Source of the DNA: Bacteroidales bacterium
Lineage (GTDB): Bacteria > Bacteroidota > Bacteroidia > Bacteroidales > JAHJDW01
DNA length: 64,000 nt
Direction: 5' to 3'
NCBI GenBank assembly: GCA_029004185.1
Contig: JAQUPB010000001.1
Location: forward strand, 1,322 to 65,321
The position numbers were made by a program, and so were the translations under genes. Below the pieces are notes generated by a model that saw only the letters and a list, made by a program, of their open reading frames with translations, did no database searches and had not been told where the DNA came from. Below, in pieces: positions 16,917 through 25,373 of the stretch; position 1 is the first letter of the stretch; every line of letters begins with the position of its first letter.

Positions 16917-19358
16917 ATGAACAAATTTTTTTACATATTATTTTTTCTTGCCCTTGCATTTGCTTCCTCCTCACAGGAATTGCAAATACAAGGTAAATTA
17001 ATTGACAGTACCACAAAAGCGTCATTACAGTTTTCAAATATTATAATTAAAAATCAAAATGATTCTGTTATAAAAGGAGTTCTTACAAACGAAAAGGGAG
17101 AATTCAAAATAAATTTGGTAATTGGTAATGGGTATAAGCTGGTTGCAAACAGCATGGGGTACAAAGAAAAAACCATTTTACTGAATATAGATATAAAAAC
17201 CAAAACATATAGAATCGGAGAAATAACCCTTGCGCCGAAAGTATTTCAGTTGAAAGAAACGAATGTAGCTTCTAACGTACCATACATGGAAAAAAAGTTT
17301 GACCGCAAGGTTTTTAACATCAGCGAAGCAAAAACTGCAGCGGCACGTTCAATATTTGATTTACTACGGACTTTACCAGGTGTTGTCGTTAATGAAGAAG
17401 GAAGTGTGCGATACAAAGGAGCAGAAGCAACAATATATGTTGATGACCAGCCGTCAAATTTTATGTATCCGAAACTTGAAATGATTCCTGTTGCAAAAGT
17501 TGACAAAATAGAATTGATTGATGCTTCAATGCAATCAGGAGGGGAAGGTAAAGGAGGAATAATCAATATTAAAATGAAATCTGTTAATACAGATGGATTA
17601 AGCGGAATTGCTTCATCTGATATTAATACCATTGAATTTAAAAATATTGATAAATCGGAGAATTTTGTTAATGCAAACTATAAAAAAAATAAAGTAACAA
17701 TATTAAATAATTTTTCGATTGATGAAAATTTATATAATAGTAGTAGTCAATCTGAAAGTAAAATAAGCGCTTTTCAAACACCAACCGAACAAAGTTCAAA
17801 TTATTCTAGTAATTCCGATAATAAATCATATTATGATTATTTCGGTGCTATTTATAATCCTACAAAAAAGACAAGATTTTATTTTGGTGGCGGAACATAT
17901 AATTCCTCTTTCATATCAGGTTCTTCAGGCGATTTTACTGAACTTGAAAGTTCCATCAAAAGTATTCTGAATAGTAATAATAATTGCCATAGGTATGATT
18001 CAAAATATGATTATAAAGGAATAAATTTTTCTTTCCGACATAAATTTGATACAAATGATACTTATATAAGGATGTTTGCAGGGTTTCAATTTATTGACGA
18101 TTTTTCTAATTCTTCCGCAACTTATAATTATGAAATAATAAATTCTGTTTGTTATGATAGTATATTTAAATATGATAGAAAAGATTTATCATATGGAAAC
18201 AGAGGTTTATACAGTAATATTTTTTATAATCATACTATTTCAAAAAATGCAAGATGGAATATTCGATATTATAATTACTTCAAATTAAAAGAAAACAATG
18301 ACAGCAAATACTACATCTTTGATGATTTGTACATGCCTGAAACTTATTCCAATAATTCCACATCACAATACCATAACATGTCAGCCCGTATTGGCTCAAA
18401 CTGGAATAAATGGAAATTTGATGGCGGAGTAAACGCACAATATACTAAAACAGAAATAGCTTTTTTAAGACATACTGAAGAATTAAAAGATACAGCATTC
18501 TCTGTAGTTAAAGATTATTTAAAAATATTGCCTTCAGTTACAATATCATTTGCAATAAATGATACGGAAGAAATAAAACTTACATTATCGCAGACAACAC
18601 AAACACCATATTATCTCCAACTTTCTGACTACATAAGCAAAGAAAATCCATATTATTGGTGGTCGGGAAATTCCAAATTAAAACCATCGGATTTTTATTC
18701 TGCATATCTTGGGTATTCATATACAAAAGAAAAATGGAATGCATCGGCGGAAGGATTTTTCAACTATACAAACAATGAAATTACTTATGTTTCTTATCCT
18801 TTGACTTCTATGCTTTATCTTTCCAAACCTATGAATGGTGCAAAGAAAAGTGAAACAGGTATTGATGTTTCAACATGGGTAATGGTTACTGATAAATTAA
18901 ACTTTTCGCTATCATCGAGTATTTCTTATGTTTACTATAATTCAAAAGCATTACAAGAAAGCGCAAGTAAATATAACCTTCCTACGGAGAATTTAATTAA
19001 CCGGCAATTTGGTTACAATATAAAATATAACATGGAATATAAAATAAAAAAATTCTATGCTATGTTTTATGTTAATTATTTCAGCAGGGAATTAAAATAC
19101 AATGGATATAATTATGGTTATATAAACTCATCATTTAATGTGAGCAGGAAATTCTTTAAGGATAAATTAAGAATCACTTTAAGTGCAAATAACCTGTTTG
19201 ATGACATGGTAAAACGCGGCTCTGTTGAAAATTATTTTGGTATTTACCAGGTTGAAAGAAGACATTCTTCAAATTATAAACGGATGTATGGAATTTCCAT
19301 TCAATACACTTTCCGCCAGGGCGATAGAGGCACAAAGGATATGAAAGTCGGGGGATAA
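16917..19358 (+). CDS. Outer-membrane beta-barrel protein with an N-terminal carboxypeptidase-regulatory-like domain and a TonB-receptor-like plug
   Basis: 813 aa. Signal peptide, then IQGKLIDSTT...GEFKINL (CarboxypepD_reg-like) and DLLRTLPGVVVNEEGSVRYKG (plug-like). The remainder is rich in aromatic, Asn and Ser residues and ends YGISIQYTF. Confidence 0.75.
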   Translation: MNKFFYILFFLALAFASSSQELQIQGKLIDSTTKASLQFSNIIIKNQNDSVIKGVLTNEKGEFKINLVIGNGYKLVANSMGYKEKTILLNIDIKTKTYRIGEITLAPKVFQLKETNVASNVPYMEKKFDRKVFNISEAKTAAARSIFDLLRTLPGVVVNEEGSVRYKGAEATIYVDDQPSNFMYPKLEMIPVAKVDKIELIDASMQSGGEGKGGIINIKMKSVNTDGLSGIASSDINTIEFKNIDKSENFVNANYKKNKVTILNNFSIDENLYNSSSQSESKISAFQTPTEQSSNYSSNSDNKSYYDYFGAIYNPTKKTRFYFGGGTYNSSFISGSSGDFTELESSIKSILNSNNNCHRYDSKYDYKGINFSFRHKFDTNDTYIRMFAGFQFIDDFSNSSATYNYEIINSVCYDSIFKYDRKDLSYGNRGLYSNIFYNHTISKNARWNIRYYNYFKLKENNDSKYYIFDDLYMPETYSNNSTSQYHNMSARIGSNWNKWKFDGGVNAQYTKTEIAFLRHTEELKDTAFSVVKDYLKILPSVTISFAINDTEEIKLTLSQTTQTPYYLQLSDYISKENPYYWWSGNSKLKPSDFYSAYLGYSYTKEKWNASAEGFFNYTNNEITYVSYPLTSMLYLSKPMNGAKKSETGIDVSTWVMVTDKLNFSLSSSISYVYYNSKALQESASKYNLPTENLINRQFGYNIKYNMEYKIKKFYAMFYVNYFSRELKYNGYNYGYINSSFNVSRKFFKDKLRITLSANNLFDDMVKRGSVENYFGIYQVERRHSSNYKRMYGISIQYTFRQGDRGTKDMKVGG

Positions 19359-19384
19359 ATAGGATGATTTTTTGAAAATAAAAC

Positions 19385-19458
19385 AGTACGCAGATTAACG
19401 CAGAAAAAATATGATTTTATCTGCGTTTTTTCATATTTTCCATAACAAATCAGCGTCT
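19385..19458 (+). repeat. CGCAGAT-family ~75 nt element, copy F2 (right boundary of the island)
   Basis: agtacgcagattaacgcagaaaaaatatgattttatctgcgttttttcatattttccataacaaatcagcgtct. A direct copy of F1. It overlaps the stop and last codons of ispD. Confidence 0.85.
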
Positions 19459-20124
19459 ATTTTTAAAAATTCCTTTCGCAATTTCCAAATCCAGCGGGGT
19501 TGTAATTTTAATATTTTCCCTTTCCCCTTCAACCATGAAAATTTTGTAACCTAGTTGTTCAACAACTGTGGCATCATCTGTGAAACTGGCTGAGAAATTC
19601 TGTTCATAAGCTTTTTTAAGAATTTCGGATTTAAAACATTGAGGAGTTTGCACCAGAAAAAAATTCTTTCTGTCAACCGCAACATTTACATTGCCGATTT
19701 TTTCGCGCAAGGATTCATTTGGTGAAGTAACGGGAATTGCATTTCCATTTTTTATGGCGCAGTTAAAAGCACTTTTTATGAGTTTTTCCGAAACAAAAGG
19801 TCGAACACCATCGTGCACTGCAATAATGCCGGCATTTTTGATTGTATTCAATGCATTTTTAACAGAATTAAATCGTGTATTTCCTCCATTTACAACTGTA
19901 TGTTTTATTTTTATTTTATACTTTTTACAAAGTTTTTTCCAGAGTGTAATGTATTCTTTGGGGAGGGTTACAATAATGTTTATTGATTTATCATATTTAT
20001 AAAATGAGTTTATTGTATGATAAAGAACCGGTTTGTTTTTAATAAGTAAAAATTGTTTGGGAGTTGCGGAATGCATTCTGCTTCCTTTACCGCCGGCAGT
20101 GATAATTACAAATTTCTTCAACAA
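19450..20124 (-). CDS. ispD: 2-C-methyl-D-erythritol 4-phosphate cytidylyltransferase
   Basis: 224 aa. VIITAGGKGSRM...PKQFL N-terminal motif and overall IspD-like length. Confidence 0.9.
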   Translation of the reverse strand: MLKKFVIITAGGKGSRMHSATPKQFLLIKNKPVLYHTINSFYKYDKSINIIVTLPKEYITLWKKLCKKYKIKIKHTVVNGGNTRFNSVKNALNTIKNAGIIAVHDGVRPFVSEKLIKSAFNCAIKNGNAIPVTSPNESLREKIGNVNVAVDRKNFFLVQTPQCFKSEILKKAYEQNFSASFTDDATVVEQLGYKIFMVEGERENIKITTPLDLEIAKGIFKNRR

Positions 20125-20234
20125 AATAAAATTGATGTTACGTTAAATATTTTAAAAATTTTTAGATGAGAAATTGTTTATTTTTCATTTTCAAATTAAC
20201 TCATTTTCAAATTTCTTAACTTCCGTCTCCCGTC

Positions 20235-21284
20235 TTACAATATCAACATTGCATCACCGTAAGTGAAAAATCTGTATTTTTCTTTAATAGCAACTTCATA
20301 AGCGTGCATTAAAAAGTCGAATTCTGCAAAAGCTGCTGCCATCATCATCAAAGTGGATTGCGGCAAATGGAAATTGGTAACCATAGCATCTGCAATGCTG
20401 AATTCATGAGGAGGAAAAATGAATTTATTTGTCCATCCGTTGAACTGATTTAAAGTGCCGTTTGTTGAAACCGATGATTCTACAGCTTTCATTGATGTTG
20501 TGCCTACTGCGCATACCATCTTTTTACTTTGTTTTGCTTTGTTAACAATTTCGGCTGCTTTTGCATCTATAATAACCTGTTCGGAGTCCATTTTATGCTT
20601 GGAAAGGTCTTCAACATCCACGTTTCTGAAGTTTCCCAATCCTGCGTGCAGGGTTATCTCGGCAAAATTAACGCCTTTAAGCTGTAATTTTTTAATTAGA
20701 TTTTTGCTGAAATGGAAACCGGCAGTAGGAGCAACAACGGCGCCTTCGTGCTTTGCATAAACCGTCTGATATCTTTCCTTATCTTCAGGTTCAACTTTTC
20801 TTTTAATATGTTTTGGAAGCGGTGTTTGTCCGAGTTCTTCAATTGTATTTTTAAAATCTTCCTGTGAGCCATCGAATAGAAACCTGAGAGTTCTTCCTCT
20901 TGAAGTTGTATTGTCAATTACTTCTGCTACCAGCGAGTCATCTTCGCCGAAGTATAATTTGTTGCCTATTCTTATTTTTCTTGCAGGGTCAACCAAAACA
21001 TCCCATAATCGTGATTCGCGGTTTAATTCTCTGAGAAGGAAAACTTCGATTTTTGCGCCTGTTTTTTCTTTTGTTCCGAAAAGCCGCGCAGGGAAAACTT
21101 TGGTATTATTCAGTATTATTACATCGCCATCATGAAAATAATCAATTATTTTGTGAAAAACCTTATGTTCGATTTTTTTTGTATCCCTGTGTATGATCAT
21201 CAACTTTGACTCTTCACGGTTTTTAACAGGGTGTAATGCAATGAGTTCCGACGGCAAATGATATCTAAAATCCGATAATTTCAT
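20235..21284 (-). CDS. queA: S-adenosylmethionine:tRNA ribosyltransferase-isomerase
   Basis: 349 aa. [22 protein letters not shown]...[29 protein letters not shown]. Confidence 0.9.
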   Translation of the reverse strand: MKLSDFRYHLPSELIALHPVKNREESKLMIIHRDTKKIEHKVFHKIIDYFHDGDVIILNNTKVFPARLFGTKEKTGAKIEVFLLRELNRESRLWDVLVDPARKIRIGNKLYFGEDDSLVAEVIDNTTSRGRTLRFLFDGSQEDFKNTIEELGQTPLPKHIKRKVEPEDKERYQTVYAKHEGAVVAPTAGFHFSKNLIKKLQLKGVNFAEITLHAGLGNFRNVDVEDLSKHKMDSEQVIIDAKAAEIVNKAKQSKKMVCAVGTTSMKAVESSVSTNGTLNQFNGWTNKFIFPPHEFSIADAMVTNFHLPQSTLMMMAAAFAEFDFLMHAYEVAIKEKYRFFTYGDAMLIL

Positions 21285-21368
21285 CTTTCTGTTTTTTAAT
21301 TAGGTAGCGAAAGTATGAAATCAGGCAGGGGGTTGTCAAGTTTTTTTTGCTGATTTTTTGTTAAAAAA

Positions 21369-22595
21369 CTATAAAAATCTCTGAAACACGCAACTGTCGC
21401 CAAAACTGAGAAAGCGAAAATTGTTTTTTAGGGCATAATTATAGGCATTTTTCCATTTTTCGCCGATAAATGCAGCAACCAATAACAATAAAGTACTTTG
21501 CGGCATGTGAAAATTTGTAATCAGATAATTTGCAGTTTTGAACTTATAACCGGGAATGATAATTAAACTTGTCTGTGCCGATAGTAAAGTTTTGTTCTTT
21601 TTTTTCAAATAATCCAGCAAATAATTTAACGATTCTTGAAATGAAATATCAATATTGAAGTTATTCTGGTATGCTTCCCATTGGTCAAGAAATAGAATTT
21701 CTTTTTTTTGGAAATCTTTGTCAACTTTAAGTTTAACTCCCATTAAATACAAACTTTCCAGAGTGCGTAAAGTTGTCGTTCCTACCGAAATAATATTTTC
21801 ATGTTTGTTATATATCAGGTTTTTCAGGGTTTCTGAGCTTACGGAAAAAAATTCTGTATGCATTTTATGATTTTCAATACTGTCTTTTACGGGTAGAAAA
21901 GTTCCTGCACCTACATGTAAAGTGACGTATTCAAAATCTGTTTTTTTCTTTTTCAATTCTTCAAGAACATTTTCGGTAAAGTGTAATCCAGCTGTTGGAG
22001 CGGCAACTGAACCTTTTTCTCTTGCATATATTGTCTGATATTTATTCTTATCGCTGTAATCTGATAAGCGTTTGATGTAAGGAGGAAGCGGAGTTTGTCC
22101 GAACATATCAATCACTTCGGCAAATGAAAAATTTTCGGGTTGCCAGCAGAATTCAACAACGAAAAAATCTTTTTCACAGCATAGTTGGTTTACCGATAAG
22201 CAGACTTCTTTGTTTATATATATTATTTTATTGAAAAGCAATCCTGTTTTCCATTTACTTGCATTTCCAATAAAGCATTTCCATTTACAGCTTCCCTTTT
22301 TTTCAAAAGCAATGTTATACTCATCCAGCGGCTCAAGGCAGAATATTTCGATTTTTGCACCGCTTGGTTTTTTGAAAAATATTCTTGCCTGAATAACTTT
22401 CGTATCATTGAAAATCATTAATGAATCTCCGGGGAGATGGCTTGAAAGATTTTTAAATATATCATCACAGATTTTACCTTCTTTAAAAACAAGTAATTTT
22501 GAATTATCCCTTTCTTTCAGCGGAAACTGGGCAATTCTTTCGGGAGGAAGAGGGTATGAAAAATCTTTGATATTGAGGTTCTCGGTAAGCAACAT
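21369..22595 (-). CDS. Divergent QueA paralogue (S-adenosylmethionine:tRNA ribosyltransferase-isomerase family)
   Basis: 408 aa. FSYPLPPERIAQFP, GQTPLPPYIKR, YQTIYA...APTAGLHFT, TNFHMPQSTLLLL, FGDSCVF. Relative to the adjacent queA it carries a ~45 aa insertion before the TNFH motif. Confidence 0.75.
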   Translation of the reverse strand: MLLTENLNIKDFSYPLPPERIAQFPLKERDNSKLLVFKEGKICDDIFKNLSSHLPGDSLMIFNDTKVIQARIFFKKPSGAKIEIFCLEPLDEYNIAFEKKGSCKWKCFIGNASKWKTGLLFNKIIYINKEVCLSVNQLCCEKDFFVVEFCWQPENFSFAEVIDMFGQTPLPPYIKRLSDYSDKNKYQTIYAREKGSVAAPTAGLHFTENVLEELKKKKTDFEYVTLHVGAGTFLPVKDSIENHKMHTEFFSVSSETLKNLIYNKHENIISVGTTTLRTLESLYLMGVKLKVDKDFQKKEILFLDQWEAYQNNFNIDISFQESLNYLLDYLKKKNKTLLSAQTSLIIIPGYKFKTANYLITNFHMPQSTLLLLVAAFIGEKWKNAYNYALKNNFRFLSFGDSCVFQRFL

Positions 22596-22663
22596 TAATT
22601 TTTATTTTAAAGTAGTAAAAATAATAAATATCCATAACTTTGCCCGTAAAATAAATTTGAATT

Positions 22664-24145
22664 TTGAGTCAGATTCAGAAATTAGCAGGTCAAACTGCAA
22701 TATACGGATTGAGCAGTATTATAGGGCGGTTGCTTAATTACCTTTTGGTTCCCATTCATACGAGGGTTTTTGTTACTTCCGATTTCGGAACAATAAGCGA
22801 AATGTATGCTTACGTTGCTTTTCTCATTGTGATTCTCACTTATGGAATGGAGACGACTTTTTTCAGGTTTTCGGTTGATAACGATAAAAAATCCGTATTC
22901 AGCACTTCTTTGATTTCTTTGTTTGTCACTTCGTTTTTCTTTGTGGCAATTTCAACAATATTTGCACAACCTATAGCCACTGCAATAAGATATCCGAACA
23001 ACAGCGAATACATTGTTTACTTTGCATTAATCGTATCGCTTGATGCGCTTTCGGCAGTTCCTTTTGCAAAACTGAGACAGGAAAACAAGGCAAAAAAATT
23101 CGTGGTTGTTAAAGTACTGGGAATTGGTGTTAACATTTTTTTCAATTTGTTTTTTCTTTTACTATGCCCGTATTTATACAAGCACAACATAATGCCCGAT
23201 TTTGTAAGTCTTGTTTACAAAGGAAAAGTAGGAGTGGGATACGTATTTATTTCAAACCTTATCTCAAGCATAGCAACCATTATCATATTGCTGCCCGACA
23301 TGATAAAGATAAATTTCAAATTTGATTTTTCTCTCTGGAAAAAAATGATGCCTTACGCTTTGCCTTTGTTGGTGGTGGGTTTAGCGGGGAATGTAAATGA
23401 AACCATGGACAGGATATTGTTGAAATATCTTCTTCCGAGAAATATTTCGATGCACGAACTCGGTATTTACGGCGCCTGTTATAAAATTTCGATTATGATG
23501 ACAATCTTCATTCAGGCATTCCGCTTTGCCGCTGAGCCGTTTTTCTTTTCAAATTCACAAAAAGAAAACGCTAAAAATTTGTATGCCGATGTGATGAAAT
23601 ATTTTGTGATTATATGTTCATTTATTTTTCTGGTAATAACGCTTTATATTGATATTGTTAAGTATTTCATCGGTGAAGATTATTTTTCGGGATTAAAAAT
23701 TGTACCGATATTATTGTTGGCAAATATGTTTTTGGGAATTTATTTTAATTTATCCATTTGGTATAAGTTAACAGATAAAACAAAGTATGGCTCGTATCTT
23801 TCTATTTTCGGCGCTGTAATTACACTTGTTCTTAACTTCATATTTATACCAGTATACGGTTATATGGCATCAGCATGGGCGACTTTCCTCTGCTATTTTT
23901 CAATGATGGTTGTTTCCTATTTTATCGGGCAGAAATATTACAAAATACCTTACAACTTAATAAAGATAACAGGGTATTTGTTATTTGCAGTTTTGATTTA
24001 CGGAATTTCTTACTTTATTTTCGAACACTTCAAACCCAATACCCTTGCCATAAAGCTTCTTGTTAATACTCTCCTTCTAGGCGTGTTTGCTATTGTTGTT
24101 TTTATGTTTGAAAGGAAAATGAAGCCGGTAATCGGTAATCAGTAA
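22664..24145 (+). CDS. Polysaccharide/oligosaccharide flippase (MOP/Wzx-like)
   Basis: 493 aa with about 12-14 hydrophobic helices. N-terminus AGQTAIYGLSSIIGRLLNYLLVP. The last six codons (PVIGNQ) are encoded by a word repeat. Confidence 0.75.
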   Translation: MSQIQKLAGQTAIYGLSSIIGRLLNYLLVPIHTRVFVTSDFGTISEMYAYVAFLIVILTYGMETTFFRFSVDNDKKSVFSTSLISLFVTSFFFVAISTIFAQPIATAIRYPNNSEYIVYFALIVSLDALSAVPFAKLRQENKAKKFVVVKVLGIGVNIFFNLFFLLLCPYLYKHNIMPDFVSLVYKGKVGVGYVFISNLISSIATIIILLPDMIKINFKFDFSLWKKMMPYALPLLVVGLAGNVNETMDRILLKYLLPRNISMHELGIYGACYKISIMMTIFIQAFRFAAEPFFFSNSQKENAKNLYADVMKYFVIICSFIFLVITLYIDIVKYFIGEDYFSGLKIVPILLLANMFLGIYFNLSIWYKLTDKTKYGSYLSIFGAVITLVLNFIFIPVYGYMASAWATFLCYFSMMVVSYFIGQKYYKIPYNLIKITGYLLFAVLIYGISYFIFEHFKPNTLAIKLLVNTLLLGVFAIVVFMFERKMKPVIGNQ

Positions 24146-24248
24146 CCAGTATTCGGTAAAATTAATAATATATAAAGTGTTGAACTCGATGTTTAAAAAA
24201 ACAGAAACTTTTTGAAACCGATTACAGATAACTGATTACCGATTACAG
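24126..24248. repeat. Long inverted repeat built from gtaatcggt/gtaatcagt words between convergent genes
   Basis: 24128-24143 (gtaatcggtaatcagt) is perfectly complementary to 24231-24246 (actgattaccgattac). The inner arms are imperfect and the central region is ~60 nt. Confidence 0.8.
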
Positions 24249-24309
24249 AATATTAAAAACAAATTGATGCGGAATTAATTTGATAAAACAGTAGCTTGTA
24301 ATTATAAAT

Positions 24310-25287
24310 CTACTTCGAGGCTTCTTTAATTAATGTACTTATCAGTTCCTTCATCGGCATTCCGATAGTTTTTATTTGTCCGGGAATTATGCTTTCTGCC
24401 GACATGCCGGGAACAGTGTTAACTTCGAGAAAATATAATTTGCCGTCTTTAAGAATGTAATCGAAACGCGATAGGCCTTTGCATTTGAGCTTTCCGAACA
24501 ACATTGCTGAAATTCTTTTACATTCTTTTTCAATACTGCCCGATATTCCTGCAGGTGTAATTTCCTTTGTCAGCTTGTCGCCATATTTTGCTTTATAATC
24601 AAAATAGTCGCGTTTTGTAATAATTTCGGTTAAAGGAAAAGTAATAATATTATTTCCCTTTTTTAAAACACCGCATGTAATTTCTCTTCCTTTAATGTAT
24701 TCTTGTATCAGAATTTCATCATCAATTTTAAATGCGTTGTTAATTGCCGGTTTTAATTCTCTTTCTGTTTTAACCAATGAATTTCCGATACTTGAACCGC
24801 TGTTATTTGGCTTTACGATTAAAGGCAGTCCGAATTTTGAAATAATCTTTTTGATATCAATATTATCTTTTCTTTCAAAAAATAATGTTTCTGGAATAAG
24901 GATTCCGAATTGTTTTACATAATTGTTGCATACATTTTTATTGAAAGTCATTGCCAATACAAGCATGTTGGAAGTAGTATAAGGTATTCCAATCAGGTCG
25001 AAGTACCCCTGAAGCTTTCCGTCTTCGCCGGGAGTTCCGTGAATGATAACAAAAGCACAATCGAATTTTATTTTTTTCTTATTTATAATACAACTGAAGT
25101 CGTTTTTATCAACAGTATATTTTTTATTGTTCAATTCAACGTACCAGCCGTATTTGCTGATTAACACCTTATAGGAATTATAAAATTTCCCGTCTATATT
25201 GTTAATTATATTGGAAGCTCCCTTCATCGAAACTTTCGATTCTCCGGAAAAACCGCCGCAAACAACTGCAATATTTTTTTTAATCAT
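24310..25287 (-). CDS. ddl: D-alanine--D-alanine ligase
   Basis: IAVVCGGFSGESKVS near the N-terminus and FLEVNTVPGMSAESIIP near the C-terminus. Start placed at MIKKNIAVV (ATG 25287) rather than at the ORF-track start, 25335. Confidence 0.9.
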   Translation of the reverse strand: MIKKNIAVVCGGFSGESKVSMKGASNIINNIDGKFYNSYKVLISKYGWYVELNNKKYTVDKNDFSCIINKKKIKFDCAFVIIHGTPGEDGKLQGYFDLIGIPYTTSNMLVLAMTFNKNVCNNYVKQFGILIPETLFFERKDNIDIKKIISKFGLPLIVKPNNSGSSIGNSLVKTERELKPAINNAFKIDDEILIQEYIKGREITCGVLKKGNNIITFPLTEIITKRDYFDYKAKYGDKLTKEITPAGISGSIEKECKRISAMLFGKLKCKGLSRFDYILKDGKLYFLEVNTVPGMSAESIIPGQIKTIGMPMKELISTLIKEASK

Positions 25288-25373
25288 AATAAATCCGTTT
25301 GCTTTTCGTTTATATGTTTTACAAATATAATTCATTTTTTTATTACCCCGTATAATTTTATATCTTTGCTAAC

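Noticed and set aside
8438-19458. Whether the repeat-bracketed island is a classical integrative element or transposon.
   Set aside because: No integrase, transposase, relaxase or tRNA attachment site is visible in or next to it. I therefore report only the repeat bracketing and do not call a mobile element.
22408-22737. A 109 aa ORF spanning the start of the queA paralogue and the flippase upstream region.
   Set aside because: It is mostly antisense to the conserved N-terminus of the QueA paralogue and runs through the intergenic spacer. It has no motifs.
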